Source: Flavobacteriales bacterium (GTDB lineage Bacteria > Bacteroidota > Bacteroidia > Flavobacteriales > UBA7430). From it: a stretch of DNA of 64,000 nucleotides. The number at the start of each line of letters is the position of its first letter. Position 1 is the first letter of the stretch. The translations under genes and the position numbers were made by a program. The DNA is taken from assembly GCA_022425195.1 (NCBI GenBank), contig JAKMFX010000016.1, positions 11,831 to 75,830 on the forward strand, given 5' to 3'. The notes below the pieces were generated by a model. The model worked only from the letters and a program-made list of their open reading frames with translations. It was not told where the DNA came from and did no database searches. Positions 47,235-55,818 of the stretch are shown here, piece after piece.

Positions 47235-48266
47235 CTAGGATGAAGCTCCAATTTTAAATCTTGCTTTTGGTGTAGTGCTTGAATCGCTGAAGGATTTGTT
47301 TTGATACTTGTAATAGCCTACAATGGCAATCATGGCAGCATTATCCGTGCAATATTCAAACTTTGGGATGAAAACCTTCCACTGATGAGTTTTCTCTCTC
47401 TCTTTTAGCGCTTTTCTTAATCCGGAATTGGCGGACACCCCACCAGCAATTGCAATCTGATGGATACCTGTTTTTTTAACGGCATTTTCAATTTTCTCTA
47501 GCAGAATACTGATGATGGTGTATTGTATGGAAGCACAGAGGTCGATGAGATTTTTTTTAATGAAATCGGAATCTTTCTTTTCTTCCCTTTGAATGAGTTG
47601 AATGATGTTTGATTTTAGCCCACTAAAGCTAAAATTAAGTTCATCAACTTTTGGTTTCGTGAATTTAAATTTATGAGGATTTCCTTGTTTTGCATATTTG
47701 TCAATCAGCGGACCACCGGGGTAGGGTAGGCCTAGTATTTTAGCACTTTTATCAAATGCTTCTCCTGCGGCATCATCTATGGTTTCTCCTATGACTTGCA
47801 TGTCAAATAATGCATTTACTTTCACGATTTGTGTGTGCCCTCCGGAAACGGTTAAACACAAAAAAGGAAACTTGGGCATTGTTTGTCCCTCGTCGATAAA
47901 ATGCGCCATAATATGGCCTTGCATGTGATTGACTTCAATTAAAGGGATGTCTAGAGCCAATGCAAATGATTTTGCAAATGAGGTGCCTACAAGAAGCGAT
48001 CCCATTAGACCAGGTCCTCTCGTAAAGGCGATTGCATCGAGTTGGTCTTTGTTAATATTTGCTATCTTTAAAGCCTCATTAACAACGGGTACAATGTTTT
48101 GCTGATGCGCTCGAGAAGCAAGCTCGGGAACTACACCGCCAAATGATTGGTGAACTTCTTGATTGGCAACAATATTTGATTGTATTTTAGCGTTTTTAAT
48201 GACGGCCGCAGAGGTGTCGTCACAGGAAGATTCAATACCCAGTATGGTGATGCTTTTTTGACTCAT
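47235..48266 (-). CDS. tsaD: tRNA N6-adenosine threonylcarbamoyltransferase
   Basis: 343 aa with GIESSCDDT, HMQGH and the GGVSAN blocks of Kae1/TsaD. Confidence 0.92.
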   Translation of the reverse strand: MSQKSITILGIESSCDDTSAAVIKNAKIQSNIVANQEVHQSFGGVVPELASRAHQQNIVPVVNEALKIANINKDQLDAIAFTRGPGLMGSLLVGTSFAKSFALALDIPLIEVNHMQGHIMAHFIDEGQTMPKFPFLCLTVSGGHTQIVKVNALFDMQVIGETIDDAAGEAFDKSAKILGLPYPGGPLIDKYAKQGNPHKFKFTKPKVDELNFSFSGLKSNIIQLIQREEKKDSDFIKKNLIDLCASIQYTIISILLEKIENAVKKTGIHQIAIAGGVSANSGLRKALKEREKTHQWKVFIPKFEYCTDNAAMIAIVGYYKYQNKSFSDSSTTPKARFKIGASS

Positions 48267-48353
48267 ACAGCAAAAATAAAAAATTGTCCTATCAATACAG
48301 GTAAAAACATAATTAAGCGGCTATTAATTTTTGCGGCTCTCATTTTTTTTGGG

Positions 48354-51300
48354 ATGGTTGTTTTACTTCAAACCTCATATCTACAAAGAAAAATGGCAGA
48401 TGAGTTCTCTGCGTGGTTGTTGCGTTCTCATCAAGTTGATGTGGGTTTAAAGAAGTTAAAAGTCGGCTTTTTAGGTGATGTGTACTTTAAAGAAGTACTT
48501 CTGTCTGGGTCGAAACAAGACACCCTTGTATATATAGAGGATTTGAAATTGAGCACTTCTTTGTTTAGGTGGAATCATTTGCGTTCGGTTTACGTCAATG
48601 GACTCAAAGTGAATTATCTCTTCGATGATGATCCAAAAACAGCTGAGTTATATCGCCGAATGACCACCTATTTTAATACTTCTGATTCCTCAACATCAAT
48701 TTATGTTAAGCATTTTTGGCTGAATGGAGCTGATCTCAATATAGGGGCATTTGAGGCGCCTAGGTCATTTGAAAATATCGATTTATACGCCAAAGAAAGT
48801 AGCTGGGATTCAGATATTAACCTAGTACTTAGTCATTTAAATTGGCAAGTTCAGGGGGGTGCAGATCATCACCTAAAAGCGACTAAAATTCAGATTTCTG
48901 ACACCGCCCATCACGTAGCTGATTTCTCTTGGGAAAGTGGTAACTCTTTGGCAAAATTTGATTTTAATCACAGCAGGCAGAATGACAAAACTACTCTAAA
49001 GCTTCATCAGTTTAATGCAGACTACTCTGCTGTAAAAGGAATGGTGGATGCTTGGCCGGAAGCTTTGCAATTTGATATGAGTAGTGTCATTCACCTTGAG
49101 GAAGATAGTTTGTGGACGGAGGGTATTTCCATAGGCTCTGAAAATGGGAGTAAAGTGCTTGGTTCTTTTGCTGTGAAAAATGCATCTGATTTTGCCGCCT
49201 GGGAATACTTTTTTGAGGCCGATACTTTTGATGTCGTCGCAGACGAGTGGACGTGGATTACTGATTTGTTTCCCAATAAATACTCTACCAGTCCTCTCGG
49301 TGGAATTCATTCTCAATTCACCCTTCAGGGTTCCATGGCTGACCTGGATCTTGACCTAATTCTCGACTCCGATCAAGGGAGTTTAGATGCCGATCTTCAA
49401 ATTGATGTTTCCGACTCCTTGAAGGCACCATCTTACAAGGGACACTTGAATTTGAGACATTTTAATCTTGCGAAATTGTTACCCAATTATGAAATTCATC
49501 ATGTTGATGCTGACATCAGTGTTAAAGGCGAGGGGCTTGATTTTTCAAATTTTGATACTGACATCCATGGCGATGTAAATTCGATAAAGATCAGAGATTA
49601 TAACTATCAAAATGTTCAATTGGACGGTCGACTTCAACCTTATTATTTTAAAGGGAAAGCGAGTGTTTTGGATTCCAATCTGGTGCTTGATTTTTCTGGG
49701 GAAATTGATTTTTCACAAGATATGCCAGCGATGGATTTTGTGGCTGATGTTACCGAAGCCGATTTGGTACATCTAAATTGGCTAGACAATGAATCCGAGG
49801 CAAATTTCACCAGCTTGATTGAAATGAATATCAAAGGTGACAGTTGGTCCAATATTGAAGGAACCATTGGAGCAAATTTTTCGACCCTAAAAACACAAGA
49901 TGCCTATTATTATTTCGATGATATTTACTTTAGCTCTGAAAAAAATGATGATGAAAACATTCTCTTGTTTACGTCTGATTTTATTGATGCTAAGCTGGAG
50001 GGTGTTGTTGAGATTCCTTCACTTTATTCCTCGATTGTAGCACATTTGAATCCTCATTATCCCCTCTTAAATAAAGGCTACGAGAGCAAACAAGATTTTG
50101 ATTTTCAGATTCAGGCATTTCAGCCATCTGAGATCACCAAATTACTGATGCCTAGCTTAACCATTGCCGACAGTACTTCGTTATTTGGAAGTTTTAACCC
50201 TCATCAGGAAGGTTTGGTCTTAAATTTTGAGAGCAGCGCTCTTCAATGGGATGACTGGTTGGGTGAAGATTTGAAAATTCAGACTTTTGTTTCTTCCGAT
50301 AGCTCTCAGGTTACATGTCATCTTGCCTCACTGAAAAATGAAGATCAGTGGGATTTAAAGCAAGTCAACTTTAGCCAAAAAGGTGCACTTTCAGATTGGG
50401 ATTATCATCTGGGATGGGCGAGCGAAGATTCTTTAAATTTTGATGGCTTTTTAAAGGGGAGCGCAATGATCGATTCTGAATCCATTGAGCTTGCCCTTAG
50501 TGAATCTCAAATGTATATTGCTGATACACTATGGACGCTTCAAAATCGATCTTTTATCAAGGCGGATGACAGTGATGTATTTGCCCAGATTCATCTAGAG
50601 ACCCATTCGCAAAAAATCGCTTTTGAGCATTCGGGCAATCCAGATAAGTTTGTCAGGTATATTGAATTTGCTGATTTTGAATTGGCGAATTTCACGCCCA
50701 CATTGAAGCGCTTTAAAACCTCTTTTGAGGGGCAACTGAATGGAGATTTCAAGCATGTTAAGATCGACTTACTGGATCAATTTTATTCGAAAATCCAATC
50801 GGATGATGTCATCTATAACCATTTCCCAATGGGGAATCTAAGCCTAAATTTAGATTACGATACCGAGAATGATTTACAAACACTTTTAGGGTTTTTTGCT
50901 GAGGACGAGGGGGGTGATTTAGCAATTACGGCTGCATACATGCCGCTTGTGGATACCAATAACTTTAATATCCATTTGGAGGTAAATGATTTCAATCTCA
51001 GACCCATTGAAGCGTACATTTCTGTGCTTGACACTCTGGATGGAGCGGCTACAGGTTCCATCAGTAGTTATGGCGAATTAAACCGCCCTGTGTTTAGTGG
51101 TAATTTTGAGGTAGATGGGCTGCGTTTTTCTGTTCCTCACCTCAACACACAATTTGAGTCTACAGCGATTTCTTTGGTGGAGTTGACGGATAGAAATCTC
51201 ATCTTTCATGATTTGAGTTTTCATGGTGTAGAAAGTGGGCAACGCATTGGTTTTGGTAAGTTTGAGGGACAATTCAACCATCGTTATTTCAAGGATTTCA

Positions 51301-52586
51301 GTTTAGATCTTAGGTTAGAGGCGGATAGTTTGCTGTGTTTAAATACAGATGCTTACTTTGATAAGCCTTATTATGGTCGTGCATTGGCTTCAGGTGATGC
51401 CTACTTCAAAGGACCTAAGAATGCCGTTGAAATGCAAGTAAACGCTTCGGCCAAAAAAGGGAGTTCCCTTTTCATTCCATTGGATGATGATGAGAGTATT
51501 GATGAGCTGAGTTTTGTTCATTTTGTGAAGAGGGATGAAGGTCTTGTGGATACAGAATCAACTGTTACAGAACTTGTAGAGTCAAAGCCAAGTTTTACAC
51601 TGGACATGAATGTGGAGCTTAATGAAAACACACAAGTAAACATCATATTCGATGAAACCCTAGGCGACCAATTGAAGGCTACGGGTAATGGATTCATCAA
51701 TATTGGTATTAACAATGCAGATGAGGTTTATATGTTTGGAGATTATGTGGTTGATCAAGGAGATTACTTGTTTACACTTCAAAATTTTGTAAACAAGAAG
51801 TTTGAGATTGAACAGGGGGCTAAGTTGTCCTGGGACGGAAGTCCTTATGAAGCTCAAATGAATTTGAATGCACTCTACAAGCTCAATACAAATCTCAGTC
51901 TGCTAACTTCAGACACTTTATATAACAAAAGTCGAGATGTCGAATGTCGGATGTTGATGCGTGGAGATATACTGCAGCCTGATATTGACTTCGATATTCA
52001 AATCCCAAAGGGAGACGACCGCATCAAACGTATTCTAGATGAGCACACTAATACCGAAGAGAAAAACACACAACAATTTTTGTCGCTTTTGGTTCTGAAT
52101 TCCTTTATGAGTTCCTCTGAGTACAATGATACCGATGTAGATTATTTGAGTTCCACTGTATCCTCGGGTGCAGAGGTGTTAAATAATCAACTGTACAATT
52201 GGACATCTCAATTTTCAGATCGATTTGACCTAGGACTCAAATATCATCCCAACCAGGGTGAATATTTGAGCCAGCGCCAGTGGGAGTTGTTGCTGAATAA
52301 TATGAAACTGAACGACCGCATTACCTTTAACGGAAACATTGCTTCACAAGCCGAAAACACCTCTCAATTCATTGGAGATTTTGAGGTGGAGTACCAATTG
52401 AGTGATGATGGTAAACTTCGTCTTTTGGCCTTTAGTAACAATCTAGAAGAAAATACCCAACTTCAAGTGGAAGCCAATAAGTATTACACGACAGGTTTGG
52501 GCCTTTTTTACAGAGATGAGTTTGATGATTTTAGAGATCTATGGAAGAAATTCAAAGGAATGTTTCGAAGAAAAGCTCGAAAATAA
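48354..52586 (+). CDS. TamB-like translocation and assembly module protein (DUF490 C-terminus)
   Basis: A very long beta-rich protein whose C-terminal block is TamB/DUF490-like. Divergent placement from tsaD fits synteny common in Bacteroidota. 48354 is the first ATG outside tsaD, but the true start is uncertain (see findings). Confidence 0.7.
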   Translation: MVVLLQTSYLQRKMADEFSAWLLRSHQVDVGLKKLKVGFLGDVYFKEVLLSGSKQDTLVYIEDLKLSTSLFRWNHLRSVYVNGLKVNYLFDDDPKTAELYRRMTTYFNTSDSSTSIYVKHFWLNGADLNIGAFEAPRSFENIDLYAKESSWDSDINLVLSHLNWQVQGGADHHLKATKIQISDTAHHVADFSWESGNSLAKFDFNHSRQNDKTTLKLHQFNADYSAVKGMVDAWPEALQFDMSSVIHLEEDSLWTEGISIGSENGSKVLGSFAVKNASDFAAWEYFFEADTFDVVADEWTWITDLFPNKYSTSPLGGIHSQFTLQGSMADLDLDLILDSDQGSLDADLQIDVSDSLKAPSYKGHLNLRHFNLAKLLPNYEIHHVDADISVKGEGLDFSNFDTDIHGDVNSIKIRDYNYQNVQLDGRLQPYYFKGKASVLDSNLVLDFSGEIDFSQDMPAMDFVADVTEADLVHLNWLDNESEANFTSLIEMNIKGDSWSNIEGTIGANFSTLKTQDAYYYFDDIYFSSEKNDDENILLFTSDFIDAKLEGVVEIPSLYSSIVAHLNPHYPLLNKGYESKQDFDFQIQAFQPSEITKLLMPSLTIADSTSLFGSFNPHQEGLVLNFESSALQWDDWLGEDLKIQTFVSSDSSQVTCHLASLKNEDQWDLKQVNFSQKGALSDWDYHLGWASEDSLNFDGFLKGSAMIDSESIELALSESQMYIADTLWTLQNRSFIKADDSDVFAQIHLETHSQKIAFEHSGNPDKFVRYIEFADFELANFTPTLKRFKTSFEGQLNGDFKHVKIDLLDQFYSKIQSDDVIYNHFPMGNLSLNLDYDTENDLQTLLGFFAEDEGGDLAITAAYMPLVDTNNFNIHLEVNDFNLRPIEAYISVLDTLDGAATGSISSYGELNRPVFSGNFEVDGLRFSVPHLNTQFESTAISLVELTDRNLIFHDLSFHGVESGQRIGFGKFEGQFNHRYFKDFSLDLRLEADSLLCLNTDAYFDKPYYGRALASGDAYFKGPKNAVEMQVNASAKKGSSLFIPLDDDESIDELSFVHFVKRDEGLVDTESTVTELVESKPSFTLDMNVELNENTQVNIIFDETLGDQLKATGNGFINIGINNADEVYMFGDYVVDQGDYLFTLQNFVNKKFEIEQGAKLSWDGSPYEAQMNLNALYKLNTNLSLLTSDTLYNKSRDVECRMLMRGDILQPDIDFDIQIPKGDDRIKRILDEHTNTEEKNTQQFLSLLVLNSFMSSSEYNDTDVDYLSSTVSSGAEVLNNQLYNWTSQFSDRFDLGLKYHPNQGEYLSQRQWELLLNNMKLNDRITFNGNIASQAENTSQFIGDFEVEYQLSDDGKLRLLAFSNNLEENTQLQVEANKYYTTGLGLFYRDEFDDFRDLWKKFKGMFRRKARK

Positions 52587-52670
52587 GAATAAGCTATGAT
52601 TTCCTGTTCATACAAGCTCCGATGTAATCTGTAACAAATAGGTTATATTTACCCAGCAAGAGTGATAAAT

Positions 52671-53636
52671 ATGTTAGAACGAATACTTCCTAAAATAATT
52701 GATTTTATCCGATCGGGTAGCAATCGAAGCGTGATTGTCATCTGTTTTTTGATGTCTACCTTATTTTGGTTTCTCATTAAATTTTCAAAAGAGTATACCT
52801 ATTACATAGATTATCCTGTTGAATATGTTAATCAGCCTATTGATAAATTTCTGAAGGATGAGCCACTGTCTGAGCTGAAGATCAAAGTAAAGGGGCATGG
52901 TTTCACATTTTTAAAAGAAACATTTTCCAGTAGAAATGCGGGTGTTGACATGTCTAAACTTCAGCGACAAGGATCTACTTTTTTTACGCTGAGTCAGTCG
53001 CTTCGACCTGACATAGCAAGGGCATTAAATGGCTTCTCTATTCTGGATATAGAGCCTGATACCTTGTTTTTGAATTTTAGTAACAAGACTCGAGCTACCT
53101 TAAAGGTTCATGTTCCCCAAGATATAAAGTTCAGAGAAAATTATGTTCAATATGGAGATTTAAAAGTGGTTCCTAACGAAATAGAAGTTTTTGGTCCCGC
53201 ATATATCCTAGACACACTTACGCATTTGCGTACTGATGTTCTTCAAATGGATGATGTAAGCGATCACATAGATGTATTCTTGCAGGCACAACTCCCTGGC
53301 GAAATGCTCTCTGCCAGATCCACAACCGTAAAAGTTTCTCAAGAAGTGGCTCGATTTACGGAAATCAATCAGAAAATTTCTATACAATTAATCAATGTCC
53401 CCAAAGGTAAAGAGTTGATTGTAAAACCTTCGGAAGTTGATTTGTCTTATTGGATCGCTATGAAGGATGTGGATAAAGTGAAAGCATCGGATTTTGTCAT
53501 TTATTGTGACTACGATGAAATAGCCATGACGGAGCGAAAGATTTTGAACATCTTTTTGGATGAAAATAAAAAGCCTTCGATTGTGCAAAGGGTAAAGTTT
53601 CATCCTGCGACGGTTGAGTTTGTAAAAAAGAACTGA
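52671..53636 (+). CDS. YbbR-like domain membrane protein
   Basis: About 321 aa with an N-terminal TM helix, then repeated beta-rich modules. Its position directly upstream of coaE is typical. The start is either ATG 52671 or GTG 52662. Confidence 0.5.
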   Translation: MLERILPKIIDFIRSGSNRSVIVICFLMSTLFWFLIKFSKEYTYYIDYPVEYVNQPIDKFLKDEPLSELKIKVKGHGFTFLKETFSSRNAGVDMSKLQRQGSTFFTLSQSLRPDIARALNGFSILDIEPDTLFLNFSNKTRATLKVHVPQDIKFRENYVQYGDLKVVPNEIEVFGPAYILDTLTHLRTDVLQMDDVSDHIDVFLQAQLPGEMLSARSTTVKVSQEVARFTEINQKISIQLINVPKGKELIVKPSEVDLSYWIAMKDVDKVKASDFVIYCDYDEIAMTERKILNIFLDENKKPSIVQRVKFHPATVEFVKKN

Positions 53637-54220
53637 TGCTTAAGGTTGGATTGACAGGAGGGATAGGAAGTGGGAAAACTACGGTTGGTGAAGTTTTTCA
53701 ACAACTGGGCGTTTCTATTTATGCTTCTGACGATCGGGCAAAAGCATTGATGACTGAGAATTTGTCTTTACGCTCTGGGTTGGTTTCACTTTTTGGAGAG
53801 CAAGCCTTTATGAATGAAACTCTTAATAGATCCTACATTGCCTCAAAGGTGTTTTCCAATTCTCAGATTTTAGCAAAATTAAATACCCTGGTTCACCCAT
53901 TTGTTGAGAAGGATTTTCAAGCTTGGTGCATGTGTCAAACAGGGGCTTACGTTCTAAAGGAAGCTGCCATACTTTTTGAGAGTGGAGCCTACAAGGGTTT
54001 GGATGAAGTTGTTTTGGTAGAAGCACCCATAGAACTTAGGGTCAACAGAGTAATATCTAGAGACGGAAGCCATCGTGAAGACGTCGTCGCCAGAATGGAG
54101 ATGCAGTGGTCCGATGAAAAAAAGAAAGGGCTTTCAGATCATTTGATTTTTAATGATGAAAAATCTTCCTTGTTAGAGCAAGTCCTGAAGCTTCACCATC
54201 ATTTTAATCAATCATCTTGA
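53636..54220 (+). CDS. coaE: Dephospho-CoA kinase
   Basis: 194 aa with the P-loop GLTGGIGSGKTTV. Confidence 0.9.
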   Translation: MLKVGLTGGIGSGKTTVGEVFQQLGVSIYASDDRAKALMTENLSLRSGLVSLFGEQAFMNETLNRSYIASKVFSNSQILAKLNTLVHPFVEKDFQAWCMCQTGAYVLKEAAILFESGAYKGLDEVVLVEAPIELRVNRVISRDGSHREDVVARMEMQWSDEKKKGLSDHLIFNDEKSSLLEQVLKLHHHFNQSS

Positions 54221-54262
54221 GACCTACTGTCGAAATATAAAACGAAGTATTCCAGGAGTTAA

Positions 54263-54886
54263 TTAGTATATCAATTCAGAATCTCCTTTTCCTTCTCTTA
54301 TGATGAGGTATTCATTCTCATCTGTGCAGTCCACGACGGTAGAGGCAACATTTAAACCGTAGCCACCATCGATGACCATGTCTACGGTGTGTTTGTATTT
54401 TTCATAAATCAATTCCGGGTCTGTGGAATATTCTATGATGTCATCCTCATCGTGAATGGAGGTTGAAATGATGGGGCTTCCCAATTGTTTCACAATTTCT
54501 CGAGTGATGTTATTGTCTGGAATCCGAATCCCGACCGTTTTCTTCTTGTTGCTAAAAATCTTGGGGATTTTCCCCGTAGCACTTAAGATAACGGTAAAAG
54601 GTCCTGGGAAAATGCGTTTTAAAAGCTTGTAGGTCTGCGTGCTTATCTGCTTGGCATATTCTGAAAGATGACTCAAGTCGTAACAGACGAAAGAAAAGTG
54701 AGCATCTTTCAGTTTGACTCCTTTAATACGAGCCACACGCTCCAAAGCTTTTTTGTGATTTAGGTCGCAACCCAATCCGTAAACCGTATCGGTGGGGTAT
54801 ATGATAACCCCTCCGTTTCGAAGGCATTTTACCACCTCGTCAATTTGCTTTTGATTGGGCTGCTCGTTATAGATGCGTTTGAGCAT
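54263..54886 (-). CDS. tsaC: L-threonylcarbamoyladenylate synthase (YrdC/Sua5 family)
   Basis: 207 aa with IIYPTDTVYGLGCD and PGPFT. Confidence 0.85.
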   Translation of the reverse strand: MLKRIYNEQPNQKQIDEVVKCLRNGGVIIYPTDTVYGLGCDLNHKKALERVARIKGVKLKDAHFSFVCYDLSHLSEYAKQISTQTYKLLKRIFPGPFTVILSATGKIPKIFSNKKKTVGIRIPDNNITREIVKQLGSPIISTSIHDEDDIIEYSTDPELIYEKYKHTVDMVIDGGYGLNVASTVVDCTDENEYLIIREGKGDSELIY

Positions 54887-55542
54887 TAAGGATTTAGTTT
54901 CGCGTGGTCAGCCAAAAATATCTCTAGTCCTTTTGTGGTTAGCGGGTGGTCAAACAACTTGTCTAAAAGCGCGTAGGGAACCGTTGCGTAATCCGCTCCG
55001 TATTCAGCACATTTAATCACGTGTTCTTCATGTCTTATGGAAGCCGCCAAAATATTCGTTTCAAAATTATAATGATCAAATATGGTGCGGATGCTCTTAA
55101 TCAACTCCATGCCGTCCACATTAATGTCATCCAAGCGGCCGATAAAAGGGGATACGTAGGTGGCACCTGCTTTGGCTGCTAGAAGTGCTTGATTGGAAGA
55201 GAAGATGAGCGTACAGTTGGTTTTAATTCCTTTTTGGGTCAACTCATAAATCGCTTTGATGCCTTCTTTAATCATAGGGATCTTAATAACGATGTTAGGG
55301 TGCAGTTTCGCCAATTCGTAGGCTTCGGCTAACATTCCTTCGCAGTCTGTAGAAATCACCTCTGCTGAAACGGGACCGTCAACGAGATCACATATCTCTT
55401 TATAGCGTTGATGGCAGTTTTCCGTTCCGCTAATTCCTTCCTTAGCCATTAGACTTGGATTGGTGGTTACGCCGGATATAATATTGTACGCAACCAATTC
55501 TTGAATCTGTGAGGTATTTGCGGTATCAATAAAGAATTTCAT
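54886..55542 (-). CDS. fsa: Fructose-6-phosphate aldolase / short transaldolase (type 3B)
   Basis: The start MKFFIDTAN at 55542 matches family N-termini. The blocks GVTTNPSL, the Schiff-base Lys context VIKIP, and SPFIGR are present. The ORF-track start at 55599 adds 19 non-homologous residues. Confidence 0.88.
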   Translation of the reverse strand: MKFFIDTANTSQIQELVAYNIISGVTTNPSLMAKEGISGTENCHQRYKEICDLVDGPVSAEVISTDCEGMLAEAYELAKLHPNIVIKIPMIKEGIKAIYELTQKGIKTNCTLIFSSNQALLAAKAGATYVSPFIGRLDDINVDGMELIKSIRTIFDHYNFETNILAASIRHEEHVIKCAEYGADYATVPYALLDKLFDHPLTTKGLEIFLADHAKLNP

Positions 55543-55760
55543 TGGAGTCGTATTTGAGTTAAAATGTTTAATATTTACAAATAAAGCAAAATTTGACATA
55601 TATACTCATAGGTTACTGAAAATTTAGCCCTTTCAGCCGGTATAGATTTGTTTATTAGGAGGGTAAATGAATTCATTTACCCGTAAGCTTCTCAAAGATT
55701 CCTGGAGTCTAACCATTAGGATTTATTAAAAAACATTTTTTGATTATAACATTATTTTTG

Positions 55761-55768
55761 TAAGTTTG
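55761..55768 (+). promoter_or_regulatory. -7 box TAAGTTTG for the 55819 gene
   Basis: It matches TAnnTTTG and predicts a roughly 45-nt 5' UTR containing the C7 tract at 55809-55815. Confidence 0.45.
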
Positions 55769-55818
55769 GAGGATAAAGTTTAAGTAACTAAACAATTTTT
55801 TAACTAAACCCCCCCAGT

